Program-made: the position numbers and the translations under genes
Notes under the pieces: generated by a model
Seen by the model: only the letters and a program-made list of their open reading frames with translations
What the model was told of the DNA's origin: nothing
Databases searched by the model: none
Origin: a virus
Lineage: Duplodnaviria > Caudoviricetes
DNA: 52,387 bases
Reading direction: 5' to 3' (one strand)
Virus record (IMG/VR): IMGVR_UViG_3300043449_001060
Coordinates: 1-52,387 of that record
Shown here: positions 18,903 to 29,785 of the stretch, in pieces
How the letters are laid out: every line of letters begins with the position of its first letter
Position numbering within the stretch: the first letter of the stretch is position 1

Positions 18903-21900
18903 TTAAATATTACATTTTTTATTTTTCAGTCTATCTCTAAAAGAACCTTTTGTTTCAGCTTCTTCAACAGCTTTAGCTGTATCATTTAATGCTGTTACAT
19001 CTTCTAGTGTATCAGTAATTGTTTCGGTATTCTTTTTAAAATCCTCTACATCCTCTGGAGTAAGATCAACTCCTTGTTGTTCTGTTATTGCTTCTTCAGT
19101 CATTCTAGTAAAGTTTTTTAATTCTTCTTCAAGTACAGCATCTGCTTGTCCCGTTACAACATCTTTAATTGCAATTCCTTTAGGACCTATTTTAGTAATA
19201 TATACAGGTTCTATTCTAGTATTACCAAAGATAGGAGTTTTAGGTAAAAGAGTGTCTCCAACTTTGAGGGCGGCTAAAGACATTTCAACTTGAAGTTCTT
19301 CCATTCTTTGATCAAATACATCCTTAAGTTCTGTAGTATTTATACTTCCAGGATTTTCTTTGAGTTCTTCTATTGCTGCTATATAAGCTGCATTAATTTC
19401 ATCTAAAGATGCATTCTTTATTGCGTCAATAAGCTTGGCTCCTTTTTCAGTAGTAACTCCTTCTGTTGTATCAAGGCCGGATAATATATTTGCTGTAGTA
19501 ATTTGACTTTCAGCAATCTTAGATTTCATTTGCTCTGTTGACGGTTTTCCTCCTTTTGGCTCAGGAACTCCCTCTGTTTGTCCTGGGGTAACCCCTTCAT
19601 CCTTAGATAGACCAGACCTGTCTGATACTTTTGTTTCTCCAAAGATGTCTTTGACTTCTCTTGGTTGCCTTTTACTGATTTCTCCATTTTTAGTTAATTT
19701 GATTAGCTCTAGATCATTTAATAGATCATAGATTGCATTAATTTGATTATCTATATCTGTAGTTAAATTACCTTTAACAGCTTCTCTAGAACCTAGCATT
19801 TCTAATTCAACAAGAACATTGTTTGACCAATTATAAATTGCAGACAATCCTGTTGAACTAACTGCACCAGTACCTTGTTCAATTAAAGTATTAAGAGCTT
19901 CAGGGAAATTCTCAGCTAATATAGCATCAATTTTTGTAGCTATTGCGCTTGAAACAGATAAATTATTAATGATTTTTAAATCATCTTGTTGATCTTTATT
20001 AGTCTTACCTTTATAGAGCTTAGTACTTTCTGGTAAAGAGTTAATTGCAAAAATTAGATCCTCAAGATTACCACCACGCATTGTTCTTTTAGGATTATTT
20101 TCTCTTAAAGATTTGAGTTTAGAATTAACTTTTTCAAGTTCTAATCTATAAGCACCAAGTTCTTGCATTTTAGAATTTTGTTTTACTTTTCCGTAGAACA
20201 ATTCTTTTTCTAATGCTGCACGAGTTTTTAATAATTCATCTTTAACATCTGCGTCTTCATCTGTAAGTTTATCAAGCCTGTTATTAATACCTTGAATTCT
20301 TCTATTAGTGTCTTTTACAACATCATTAGGCAAATAAGATGCATAGTCTTTTCTAGCTTTTTCAATTCTATCCTCAAAGTATTCTTTATCTATTTCTAAT
20401 TGTGCTATCTCAGCATCATTAGCTCTATAAGTTAAAGATGCAATTGCTTTACCTGGGCCTTCTGTTGTCCAGTTAATCTTATAGATTACTCCGTTAATTT
20501 CTGCACTATTTAATCCAACTAATTTTACAGTATATGTTTTACCATTTATAACTATTGTTTCAAACGGTGATTGTTTCTGTTTAATTGGAGATATACCAAC
20601 TTGATTAAAAGTTAAGTTACCATCAAATGCAGGAGCCTGATTATACATTATAGACTCAATACCATCTTTATTTTTAATAGTATATGTACCATCAGAATTT
20701 AACATAAGAGTACCTACAGCACCGCCATATACTACCTGGTTACCTACATTATTTATAAGTCTAGTAGGTGCATCAGGATCTTGTTCAACTAATTGTTTTT
20801 CAGTAGGTGCCGTTGGGATTGGTTTTTTAGGCTCAGCTTTTAGAGGAACAATAGCTTCTACCTCTGGCATGTATTCCAATTCTATTGTTGCATCACCTTT
20901 AGGAACAACATCAGATAACTTAGCATCTAAAAGATTACCCTCATTATCATAGTCTACTTCTAATGCCATAAGACCAATGCTGGTTGGCATTATCCCAGTC
21001 ATATTATAAAATAAGTTTCTATAGATAGATTGCTGTATTCTAAAGTATTGCTTCTTACTTGCCTTTTTAGCTTTTTCTAAATCAATTACATCTATATTCT
21101 TTGCAATATCTTCTTCTGAAACACCTTCTTTAGTAAGTTTCTCTTTTAATGCCTCAAGTTCAATATCTGCATTAAATTTTTTCCAGTTACTAGCAAGAAG
21201 TGCTTTAACATCAATAATCTTAAAGTTACCATTTCCATCAATTGCAATAAGGTCAGTCTCACCAACTAAACCATTCTCAAATAAAGATTTGTCAAAGACC
21301 ATGTCACTAGCTCCTACAATCATGTAGTCACCATCAATAACACCATCTCTAAAAGAAGTGATAACACCAGCAGTTCCAAATAATGCATCAAAAGCTTTTT
21401 GAGACATTTTCTCAGGCTTAGTAATTTGTTTAAAGCCTGTACCCTCTCTTGTTAAAAAGTCTTTGATTAATTCATCAAGCATATTACCAACATCCGCAGC
21501 TTGTTTGAATGCTAATTGATTGACAGTTTTAATTACATTTTCTCTTGAAAAATCTTCTGTTAAAGCTTCTCTTAGTAATCTAAATTTCTCTGCATTAAGG
21601 CCTTTGTTATTCTTATCTTTAAATACACTTTTTCCTGTTGACTTAGCAAAAGCTTCAAATGCTGCCATGAATGCATCTAGCTTATCTTCTTCTTTTATTG
21701 AAGCATCACTCATGATAGAATCAAAAGCACTTAAAATAGGAGAAGGAATAGTTACTAAAGTTTCAACACCCTCTTCATCTTTTATACGTTTTTCTTGATC
21801 TTCAAGAGCATAAAAAGTAAAAGGAGTTTTTCCAGGAGTAAGTTGAAGATCTAGCTCCTCAGCTTTTTTAGTTACTCTATCTGCTGTTTTACCATCTATT

Positions 21901-24900
21901 TTTCTTGATACAAGCTTACCATCTTCATCATAAATCTTTTCAATCTCATCTTGTCTTGCAATAATAAAGTCATTAAAGATTTGAAGAGATCTATCAAATG
22001 CTGAATTTTCTTGTACAATACCTTGAGCTCTTAAAAAATCAATAGCAATCTCTAATTGTTTTAAGTCTTCTGTAAGATTCTCCTTTTGTTTTTTAGTTAA
22101 ACGTTTCATCTCTTTAGTTTTCTCAGAAAAATACTCACCAGCATCTAATATATTTTGGTGGGTATCTCTTAATAAAACAAGTGGAGAAATTGAACTTGCA
22201 ATATTTATTTCATAACCTTTAGGTAGTTTAATAAACTTAAACTTAGGTACCTTAAATTGTTTTGCTTCTTGTTCTTGAAGAATTTTCTCGGCATACTTTT
22301 TAGCATTGTATTCCTTAATGATATCCTCTTGTTGTTCTAGCCAGTTTGCTCTAACTAAATCATACTTATCATCCTCAGGACTAATAGCAATTTCATCAGC
22401 AAATTTTTGATCTAATAGTTGGAATAATTCAGGAGCAAGTTTTTCAATCTCTGCCCATGTTGTATTTGTAGGTACAATTACATTTTTAGGAACAGTACTT
22501 GTACTTACACCTTTCTTTGCAAAGTCATCAGTAAGCTCTTGAATAAATTGAGCATAGCGCGCATCTATTTCTCTAAGGGCTGCTTGATAGTCTTTCCAAG
22601 ATTGGGTATCCTTAATTATTTCAACTGGTTCTGTTTCTGTAACTTCTTCAGTACTAGTAGAGATTCTTTCTATTTGAGCATTTAATAATGCAATAGCGGC
22701 TGCACCAGAGTATGCTGCTTCTTCTCTATTACCAATATCATAAGTTTCTTCAAATCTGGTATAGATAGGAACTGCCTCTGCAGATAGCCTTTCTTTATCA
22801 TTTTGTATTTTAAAGATTTCATTATCAATTAGTTCACGGCTAAACTGTTCTTCAGTTAAGTCATAATTACCAATGATATCTTTAATAGCATCAAGGATTA
22901 CAATTGGATCATCACTATCTAATGAATCAATAGCTTCATTAAGCTGTGCTATTTTTCTTTGTTTTGTTTCATCAGAGATTGGCTTGGTTACTTGTTTACC
23001 TTCTGCCTCTTGTTTCTGAAGTTGTTCTAGAGTTGATCCAGTTTCTTTCTTAATGTCATCTTTAAAATTCTCTTCTGCTTGTTCAATCTCTACTTGTTTT
23101 TTAGCAAGTAAATCTTGAATAGCACTTTCTAATTGACCTTCTACATCAACCGGATCTCCAGCTGGTTTTTCAGCTTGCATTCTTGCAACCATGATAAATG
23201 ATTGTATAACTTGCTCATAAGCTAAACTACCTCTTGGAATTATTCTTTCCTGACCTTTAGAACCTTCAATAAAATAACTTGGAAGATTCTCTGGATTTTC
23301 TACCCAATCTGCAAACTCCTCTAGATCTACATAAATATTTTGATCTGCCAATGATTTTAAAAGATCATTGTTTTCTTTTGCCTTAATAGCTTGATCAATG
23401 ATTTCCTTATAGTAGTTTTCTCTATTAAGGTACATGTTACGCATCCACTCAAAGTTTCTTTCTACATGCTCATAGAAAGAGGCCGGCTGCATTAAAAGAT
23501 TGATATAAGGAATAATGTTTTTGTTATCATGTTCAAGCTTATGTAAGTCAATTAAGTCATTGAACATTGCCTCTATACCACCTTTATATGATCCATCTCC
23601 TGCACGGTCCATACTTATCATAGCACTCTGATAGTTCATTTCTGAACCAGCAATTTTCTTAAGTAAGTTTTCAAATGCAGTTTTATATTCAGCTACTGGG
23701 TCTTGACCATTTGATTTATAGTATTCAATCAATTCATCAAAAGCTTGTGTAACTGATTCTTCATCTTCATTACCTTCTTCTTTATATCTCTTCTTAGCTT
23801 CTTCAAAAAAGTCAAGAGCCTGAAGTTTATTTATTTCTTGTTGCTTTGATTCAAACTCAGATAATGCATCAAGAAGTTCTTGTTTATCTTTTATTTGAGC
23901 TTCAGCACCAGCTGTTTGTAAACTTTTTAAAGACTCAATTTCAGTTGACAGCATGTCAATTGTATTTGAAAGTCTTGTAGTATCTGTAAGAGTTTGAAAA
24001 TTTAAAGACGGTTGTGAAGCAAATAAAGGAGATCTGTTTAATCTATTAACTATACCATTGACTCTTTCAAGGTTATTATCAAATGACTCACTTAAGAATA
24101 CCATATTGAATATACCTCTATCTATAGCTTTATTATAGATAGCAGCCTTGTCATACTCTGGTGTACCTTCTTTAAAGTTTTGTAGTTTTAGTTTTTTAGT
24201 TGCTAAATTGTCCTGAGCAAATTGCCATCTCTTACTGATTATGTCAGCTTTTTTAGTATGCTCATCTAAGATTTTGCGCATCTTAGCACCTTCACCTTCT
24301 TTAAGTTCCAAAGTCTCTTCAAGATCTTTATCACTTAAAGTGCCATACTTAGAGAAGTTGTCCTTAAATACTTTGAATGTACCAGCATTAAGAGATGTGA
24401 GTACATCAGAAACAAAGCTTGCATGTGTTGCATCAAATTTTTCTTTTGTATCTGTATCTTCATCACCGTTAATTTTTGCAATAATGCTTTGATCTCCATA
24501 GTTTCTTGATCTTTCATTAAGATACTCTACAGGATTCTGGTGCATATTATTCATTGCATTTTTAACACTTTCACCAAAGGCTTTGCGTTCTCCTATGTAT
24601 TCTTCATACTTAACGGGGTCCATTGTGTATTTGTTGTACAAAATAGATGCGTATCTAGGTACTGCACCATTGAATGGTCTCATAAGACCACCCATTACAA
24701 AACCTGACATGAATGTTTCAAACCCTTCTCCACTCATCTGATGTCCAAAAGCATTTGTAAGTGTTGACATTGAATAATCAAATGTAGCTTTTGACGGATC
24801 ATAAAATGAATTAACATAGTAATCCTCTGTAGATTTAGCAAGAACATCTTGCATAACCTCTTGAGCACCTTCTATTAAGTTAGTTTTGAAGTAAGCAAGA

Positions 24901-26399
24901 GAAGCTTTACCAAAGTTTGCTGGTTTAATAAAACCTTTAAGAGCATTCTTTAAATTAAAATCTACTATTTCATATGCACCTTCTTTGATAGCTTTTCCGC
25001 CACCACCTTTTGCAGCTTGAAATACTAAATCAAACTCTTTACCAATAGATCTAATTGTTCTTGATTGACCAGCAAAGATGTTACCTTTTACAAGATTAGG
25101 AAAAGCTAACTTGTTGCTATAATATACAAGTAATCCATTCTTATATGTATCCTGGAATCCGGCAACTTTGGCTTGCTTACGCATATCCATTTGCTCTTGA
25201 TCACTTGGTGCTCTACCATTAATCTTCCAGAACTTATCGTAAAGTTTAGAATAAGTATTGTTTTCTACAAAGCCTCCTTCAAGTCTACCTTCAGAAAGAG
25301 CCATGTTCATTCCAATTACATCTCTAAATAAACCTGCTGATGTTTTTACTGTTCTTGCAAGACCGGATAGGTTAGAAGCTTCGGCAAATGCAGTTGTAGT
25401 GTTATTAATTGGATTGATAAAATTAAAAGTACCTTTAGAGGCTTGAGTAAAGAATTGTTTAGCAGCATTATAGTTTTCAAGATTCTTTAAGTTTGTAAGC
25501 ATTTTACCGCCATACTTACCCATATTATACAGGTTCTTAGGAAGACTTGCCAAACCTTTTACTGCACCCGCAGCTCCACCAATTAATCCACCAGCAATAG
25601 TTCCTTCAGGACCAACCAGTGAACCTTCTATAGCACCAATAGCTGCATACTCAGCAGCTGCTTCAAACATAATACCAGCACTATACGCTAAGCTATTAAT
25701 TGTATTATTAAAGAATCCACCAATACCACCTTTGGTTGACATACCAATAGCATTGTATTCTTCATAATCTGTAGCCTCATCTATATCCTGACCAATGTTA
25801 CCTTGAAACAGTTGACCATAACTTTTAGGATTTGCAACTAAACCTAATGTAAACATAGGCCAAGCAGCATGCGTAGCCATTCTTACATAGTCATCTACAA
25901 TAGTAGTATTGGCATTAAAGATTTCTTCATTGTTCAATTCTGGATTAAAGCCAATTCTATCATATGTCTTTTGTCCATAGGCTTTGTATCTTGCTTTATG
26001 TGCACCAGTTGAACTAGCATCATACATAAAGGATTTTGCATACTGATTTGGATCTTCAAGATTCACCATCTGGTGGTTCATCTTTTTAATCAAATTATTA
26101 GCAAAGTCTTGAGACCCATTCTTTACTTTTGATAATTGATTTTTATCAAATGGATTAAATCCTACTGTAGTATCTCTAATAGGATCCTTTTGAATTGTAG
26201 GTGACTGATTTGGATCTCTTGGATTAATTACTTGAACTGGAGTTTTCTCAGGATTAATAGTAAAAAAGTTTGGATCAGGATTATAGAACCCTGTTCCAAA
26301 AGGTAAAAAACTTTGAACGTCTGTAGTACCAGGTCTTGTAAACTCAGTTCTTGCTTCTACATTAGGTCCTTCAATGTTTGGATCTTGATTTTCAGCCAT
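18903..26399 (-). CDS. Giant putative virion cargo protein (2498 aa) with a PD-(D/E)xK nuclease-like domain
   Basis: 'VGETDLIAIDGNGNFKIIDVK...IQQSIYRNL' at ~21010-21270. Gly/Ala-rich hydrophobic stretch near the N-terminus. Long acidic helical regions. Directly upstream of the vRNAP gene. Confidence 0.72.
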   Translation of the reverse strand: MAENQDPNIEGPNVEARTEFTRPGTTDVQSFLPFGTGFYNPDPNFFTINPEKTPVQVINPRDPNQSPTIQKDPIRDTTVGFNPFDKNQLSKVKNGSQDFANNLIKKMNHQMVNLEDPNQYAKSFMYDASSTGAHKARYKAYGQKTYDRIGFNPELNNEEIFNANTTIVDDYVRMATHAAWPMFTLGLVANPKSYGQLFQGNIGQDIDEATDYEEYNAIGMSTKGGIGGFFNNTINSLAYSAGIMFEAAAEYAAIGAIEGSLVGPEGTIAGGLIGGAAGAVKGLASLPKNLYNMGKYGGKMLTNLKNLENYNAAKQFFTQASKGTFNFINPINNTTTAFAEASNLSGLARTVKTSAGLFRDVIGMNMALSEGRLEGGFVENNTYSKLYDKFWKINGRAPSDQEQMDMRKQAKVAGFQDTYKNGLLVYYSNKLAFPNLVKGNIFAGQSRTIRSIGKEFDLVFQAAKGGGGKAIKEGAYEIVDFNLKNALKGFIKPANFGKASLAYFKTNLIEGAQEVMQDVLAKSTEDYYVNSFYDPSKATFDYSMSTLTNAFGHQMSGEGFETFMSGFVMGGLMRPFNGAVPRYASILYNKYTMDPVKYEEYIGERKAFGESVKNAMNNMHQNPVEYLNERSRNYGDQSIIAKINGDEDTDTKEKFDATHASFVSDVLTSLNAGTFKVFKDNFSKYGTLSDKDLEETLELKEGEGAKMRKILDEHTKKADIISKRWQFAQDNLATKKLKLQNFKEGTPEYDKAAIYNKAIDRGIFNMVFLSESFDNNLERVNGIVNRLNRSPLFASQPSLNFQTLTDTTRLSNTIDMLSTEIESLKSLQTAGAEAQIKDKQELLDALSEFESKQQEINKLQALDFFEEAKKRYKEEGNEDEESVTQAFDELIEYYKSNGQDPVAEYKTAFENLLKKIAGSEMNYQSAMISMDRAGDGSYKGGIEAMFNDLIDLHKLEHDNKNIIPYINLLMQPASFYEHVERNFEWMRNMYLNRENYYKEIIDQAIKAKENNDLLKSLADQNIYVDLEEFADWVENPENLPSYFIEGSKGQERIIPRGSLAYEQVIQSFIMVARMQAEKPAGDPVDVEGQLESAIQDLLAKKQVEIEQAEENFKDDIKKETGSTLEQLQKQEAEGKQVTKPISDETKQRKIAQLNEAIDSLDSDDPIVILDAIKDIIGNYDLTEEQFSRELIDNEIFKIQNDKERLSAEAVPIYTRFEETYDIGNREEAAYSGAAAIALLNAQIERISTSTEEVTETEPVEIIKDTQSWKDYQAALREIDARYAQFIQELTDDFAKKGVSTSTVPKNVIVPTNTTWAEIEKLAPELFQLLDQKFADEIAISPEDDKYDLVRANWLEQQEDIIKEYNAKKYAEKILQEQEAKQFKVPKFKFIKLPKGYEINIASSISPLVLLRDTHQNILDAGEYFSEKTKEMKRLTKKQKENLTEDLKQLEIAIDFLRAQGIVQENSAFDRSLQIFNDFIIARQDEIEKIYDEDGKLVSRKIDGKTADRVTKKAEELDLQLTPGKTPFTFYALEDQEKRIKDEEGVETLVTIPSPILSAFDSIMSDASIKEEDKLDAFMAAFEAFAKSTGKSVFKDKNNKGLNAEKFRLLREALTEDFSRENVIKTVNQLAFKQAADVGNMLDELIKDFLTREGTGFKQITKPEKMSQKAFDALFGTAGVITSFRDGVIDGDYMIVGASDMVFDKSLFENGLVGETDLIAIDGNGNFKIIDVKALLASNWKKFNADIELEALKEKLTKEGVSEEDIAKNIDVIDLEKAKKASKKQYFRIQQSIYRNLFYNMTGIMPTSIGLMALEVDYDNEGNLLDAKLSDVVPKGDATIELEYMPEVEAIVPLKAEPKKPIPTAPTEKQLVEQDPDAPTRLINNVGNQVVYGGAVGTLMLNSDGTYTIKNKDGIESIMYNQAPAFDGNLTFNQVGISPIKQKQSPFETIVINGKTYTVKLVGLNSAEINGVIYKINWTTEGPGKAIASLTYRANDAEIAQLEIDKEYFEDRIEKARKDYASYLPNDVVKDTNRRIQGINNRLDKLTDEDADVKDELLKTRAALEKELFYGKVKQNSKMQELGAYRLELEKVNSKLKSLRENNPKRTMRGGNLEDLIFAINSLPESTKLYKGKTNKDQQDDLKIINNLSVSSAIATKIDAILAENFPEALNTLIEQGTGAVSSTGLSAIYNWSNNVLVELEMLGSREAVKGNLTTDIDNQINAIYDLLNDLELIKLTKNGEISKRQPREVKDIFGETKVSDRSGLSKDEGVTPGQTEGVPEPKGGKPSTEQMKSKIAESQITTANILSGLDTTEGVTTEKGAKLIDAIKNASLDEINAAYIAAIEELKENPGSINTTELKDVFDQRMEELQVEMSLAALKVGDTLLPKTPIFGNTRIEPVYITKIGPKGIAIKDVVTGQADAVLEEELKNFTRMTEEAITEQQGVDLTPEDVEDFKKNTETITDTLEDVTALNDTAKAVEEAETKGSFRDRLKNKKCNI

Positions 26400-26402
26400 T
26401 TT

Positions 26403-29400
26403 TTATTGATTTACAGGTAGGGATCTTCCTTGTAGTGATGTTTTTGAAACTCCTGGTCTATAATTTTGAGCATGAAACTGTTGCCATACTACTGCATTAT
26501 AATTAGCCATTTCTTGTAAATTTTTTCTTGCTAATTCATTTGCCAAACCAATATTATTTTGAAAATTAACAGGAGGTACAACAAAAGGCACTTCTACTTT
26601 TGTACCATCTGGTTGCATTTGTAACATGGTGCCATACACTTTATATGGTGCAGCACCTGATTCATCTTTTTCAATTGTAAAGTTACCACCACCCATAGGG
26701 TCTTCATATTCAACTTTACCCAACGCATTAATCATACCTTCAAGAGGATCTAATTCATTACCTTTAATAAGCCAGTTATTAAAGTTTTTTCTATCTGATA
26801 CAAATGAAATTCCATTTGTTGCAATTGCATTAATAGTTTCCTCATCAAGCAATCCTTTACCTTCTCCTGCTTTAAGTTTATTAAGAACATCTAAGGTAGG
26901 GTATAATATCATTGCTCCTTTATTTCTATTTTCTACAGCAACTTGGACACTAGATAAATTAAATGTTTTAAAGTCTTTTTTACCTACACCATTTTGATAT
27001 TCTCTAACTAATAGTTCAGCAATTTTGACATTTCTATACATATCATCTGCATCTTCATATAGTTCTTTAGTTTGTTCAACACCAGATATATTAGGACCGT
27101 AGAAACTTATAGGATTATTCTTAGTATCGTAAAAGTTAATCTTACTTGCATCTTGAGTAAACTCTAAGAATGCTTTAAAACCTGTAGTTTGAATTGCAGA
27201 TAAGTTAACGCCAACAGCACTTTCAGATGTATTAAATACTGCATTTGCTTTATTCTTACTTATAAGATTACTTGCACTTTTAATTTCTTTTGGATTCTGA
27301 ATAACATCTTTATATGCAAGCGCCATTTCATCATAAATAGCCTTAAGTTTTGCTTCCGGATCTGCTTTTCCTTCATTAGCTGCATTATCTTTTAAATTAA
27401 ATTTACCAATAATATATTGTCTTTCAATTTCATAATAGTCCCGTTCAGATAAACTTGGATATTTTTCAATTATAAAACCTTCAGTTCTTGGTTTATTAAT
27501 TTTATCATTTGCTTTTTTACGCAATGCTTCAATAGCAGCTTTATCTGCAGAAGTTAGATTTCTTTTACCCTCTATTACAGATGTAATGTTAGGATATTTA
27601 TCAGCATTAACAAGATAAGCTTTACCATATTTTACAAAATCTTCTTTACTGATCATTGTTAAATCACTATTGAGAACTAAGTTTGTTAACTTATTTTTTA
27701 GTTCTAGTGACATTCCTTCTACTCTAGGTGTTGATCTTAAAGTTTTTTGAATTGTCTTATCATTTGCTTGTGTTACAAGTTCATTGTTTCTAACAAAAAC
27801 AAGATATTTATCAAAGTCCGTATGAGGCGCCTTTTCTAAAAATGAATCAGATACTCCTTTATCACCTTTAGTTGCTTGAGCAAATTGCATTACTCTTGCA
27901 TATGTTTTAGATAAAAGATCTGCACCTCTTCCTGTTAAGAAATTTGCCGGATCTTTTTTATAGTTGGCAATAAACTGTGACGTAGTCATAATTGCCCTAT
28001 TATCTTTTAACCTTTGACTAGTTTGAGTCCAAGATTCCCCTGGTTTAAAAAGTAAAACTTGATCAATTGCTTCTCTTGCACTTGATGGTTTACCTTTTAC
28101 AGCAGCAAGTCCAGAATCAGAAAAGAAATATTGAGCAGCTTCTTCTCTTGTCATTCGTTTTAACTTAACCCAACTATCAATTGTAGATGCAATTTGTTTA
28201 ACCATTCCATCTGCATATTCTCTAGTAAAATCTTCAGTAAGATTTTTACCTTCTTGAATAAGTGACATAGATTTATCTGTTGCTCCTCCTGATTTATTTT
28301 TACCCGGAATAGTAAATCTATTGTTTAATGCTGGGTTTGCAATTGGTTCATAATCTACAATGTTACCTTGATCATCTGTAACAGGATTCATTCCAATATA
28401 TGAGCCGTTTTTCAAACCAGCTTCAATCATTAAATTCTTTTTCTCTTTAAGATCTTTATCAATTAGTAATTGATCTTTATGAGCTTGTGCTGCTAATTGT
28501 CTTTGCAAAGCATATGCATGATTTTGTGCAGCTACACCATACGGATCTGCGGACATATCAGTCACCATACCTACTCTTGAGTAGTTATATGCAGCTTCAT
28601 TAATATCTTGTTCAGCTAACATAGAAGATACACCTGCATCTACTTGGAACCTTAATCTTTCTATATCAGAAAGATCAGGTGCTGCATTAGAAGTAGTTGG
28701 AGTTTTACTTGGTCTATCTGAAATTTGTTCAGATAAACCTTGTGTATACTGTGCGTTATCTTTTGCAATACCTAAAGATGTTTCAAGACTTTGTAAATAA
28801 CGTGGAGTAAATTCATTTGAATTTCCACTTTCTAATTTTTGTTTTACATCATCTCTTTCTTTTTCAAGATTATCAGCATCTTGAGTATTTTTTTCATTCT
28901 TAAGTTTAATATACTCTTGAATAGTTGCATACTGTTTTGTTAAATAATCTCTCTCAGCTGCAACTAAATCTCCATTAAACTTATCTTTATTTTGCAGTAC
29001 ATGATCCTTACGGTTTACATAAGCTTGTGCTTTATAAACTTCTTGTAAAGCTGGGTCATTTGCAAACTGAGAAGTAAAGTAATTTGTAAGAGGTTGAAGA
29101 ATTAAATCACCATTCTTTTGTCTAATAAAGTATCTACCATTAGATTGTGTAATGTCTGCAGATATACCCATCTCTTTTGCAGACTTCATGTACTTTTCTA
29201 TAGCATTTACATATGGAGTATATGTAACATTAGCAAATGTCATTGATTCTTCATCAGTAGAGTTCTTAAACTCTTCTCTTTCATAAAGCATTTTCTTTAC
29301 TCCGGTATCCCAATATTGTCCTCTGACTTTTTCATCCTTTGAAGCTTTCAAACCATTAGCTCTACTATATTCACTCATAAAGTTTTTAGTATAAGCCATA

Positions 29401-29723
29401 TCTTTCATCAAAGTTTTGTCCTCATAGAAAGGAGTAAAAATCTGAGTTGCTTGAGTAACATTTTGTTCAAGTGAAAGATCAAGTCCTGCAATTCTATTAA
29501 GATTAAAGTCTATCTGCTTTAACAAATCATCTTTCTTTTTGATATTTGATTCTCTTGTTAAATCAGCATAGAAGTATTGGCCATATAAATTATTTAAGGA
29601 TTTCCAGTTTGAATCATACTGACTTTGCTTTGTTTGTAAATAATTATTATAAAAGTTTAAGTCAGGCTGAAAAGGCTGATAATCCGGAATATAATCTGTG
29701 ACACCTTGTAGGTACGTTGCCAT
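26403..29723 (-). CDS. Large putative virion cargo protein (1106 aa), function unknown
   Basis: Long ORF in the cargo cluster with a helical/coiled-coil-like N-terminal half. No Cys and no catalytic motif recognised. Confidence 0.6.
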   Translation of the reverse strand: MATYLQGVTDYIPDYQPFQPDLNFYNNYLQTKQSQYDSNWKSLNNLYGQYFYADLTRESNIKKKDDLLKQIDFNLNRIAGLDLSLEQNVTQATQIFTPFYEDKTLMKDMAYTKNFMSEYSRANGLKASKDEKVRGQYWDTGVKKMLYEREEFKNSTDEESMTFANVTYTPYVNAIEKYMKSAKEMGISADITQSNGRYFIRQKNGDLILQPLTNYFTSQFANDPALQEVYKAQAYVNRKDHVLQNKDKFNGDLVAAERDYLTKQYATIQEYIKLKNEKNTQDADNLEKERDDVKQKLESGNSNEFTPRYLQSLETSLGIAKDNAQYTQGLSEQISDRPSKTPTTSNAAPDLSDIERLRFQVDAGVSSMLAEQDINEAAYNYSRVGMVTDMSADPYGVAAQNHAYALQRQLAAQAHKDQLLIDKDLKEKKNLMIEAGLKNGSYIGMNPVTDDQGNIVDYEPIANPALNNRFTIPGKNKSGGATDKSMSLIQEGKNLTEDFTREYADGMVKQIASTIDSWVKLKRMTREEAAQYFFSDSGLAAVKGKPSSAREAIDQVLLFKPGESWTQTSQRLKDNRAIMTTSQFIANYKKDPANFLTGRGADLLSKTYARVMQFAQATKGDKGVSDSFLEKAPHTDFDKYLVFVRNNELVTQANDKTIQKTLRSTPRVEGMSLELKNKLTNLVLNSDLTMISKEDFVKYGKAYLVNADKYPNITSVIEGKRNLTSADKAAIEALRKKANDKINKPRTEGFIIEKYPSLSERDYYEIERQYIIGKFNLKDNAANEGKADPEAKLKAIYDEMALAYKDVIQNPKEIKSASNLISKNKANAVFNTSESAVGVNLSAIQTTGFKAFLEFTQDASKINFYDTKNNPISFYGPNISGVEQTKELYEDADDMYRNVKIAELLVREYQNGVGKKDFKTFNLSSVQVAVENRNKGAMILYPTLDVLNKLKAGEGKGLLDEETINAIATNGISFVSDRKNFNNWLIKGNELDPLEGMINALGKVEYEDPMGGGNFTIEKDESGAAPYKVYGTMLQMQPDGTKVEVPFVVPPVNFQNNIGLANELARKNLQEMANYNAVVWQQFHAQNYRPGVSKTSLQGRSLPVNQ

Positions 29724-29742
29724 AATTTATTGTCTATAAGTA

Positions 29743-29785
29743 AATATATTAAAATTTTTTAAGTTTAATAAACTTATAAAATTTA
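29743..29785 (-). promoter_or_regulatory. Putative promoter box (TTAATATATT variant) with adjacent near-palindromes
   Basis: Plus-strand AATATATTAA at 29743-29752, 19 nt from the ATG at 29723. TAAACTTATAAAATTTA at 29769-29785. Perfect inverted repeat TAAGTTT-AAT-AAACTTA at 29760-29776. Confidence 0.5.

Noticed and set aside
21000-21500. Cas4 / CRISPR adaptation gene
   Set aside because: The PD-(D/E)xK motif lacks the Fe-S cysteines, is embedded in a 2498-aa protein, and has no cas neighbours or array.
8328-26399. Introns or inteins in the RNAP and other giant genes
   Set aside because: The frames are uninterrupted. I saw no LAGLIDADG/HNH motifs or C...HN intein ends, and the proteins lack internal Cys.
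18897-26405. In-frame junctions (TAA-AAA-ATG at 26403/26399 and TAA-GAA-ATG at 18903/18899) suggesting stop read-through into a mega-protein
   Set aside because: The stops are TAA, each followed by a proper ATG in an A-rich context, and the next junction (8328/8323) is out of frame. Translational coupling is the simpler explanation.
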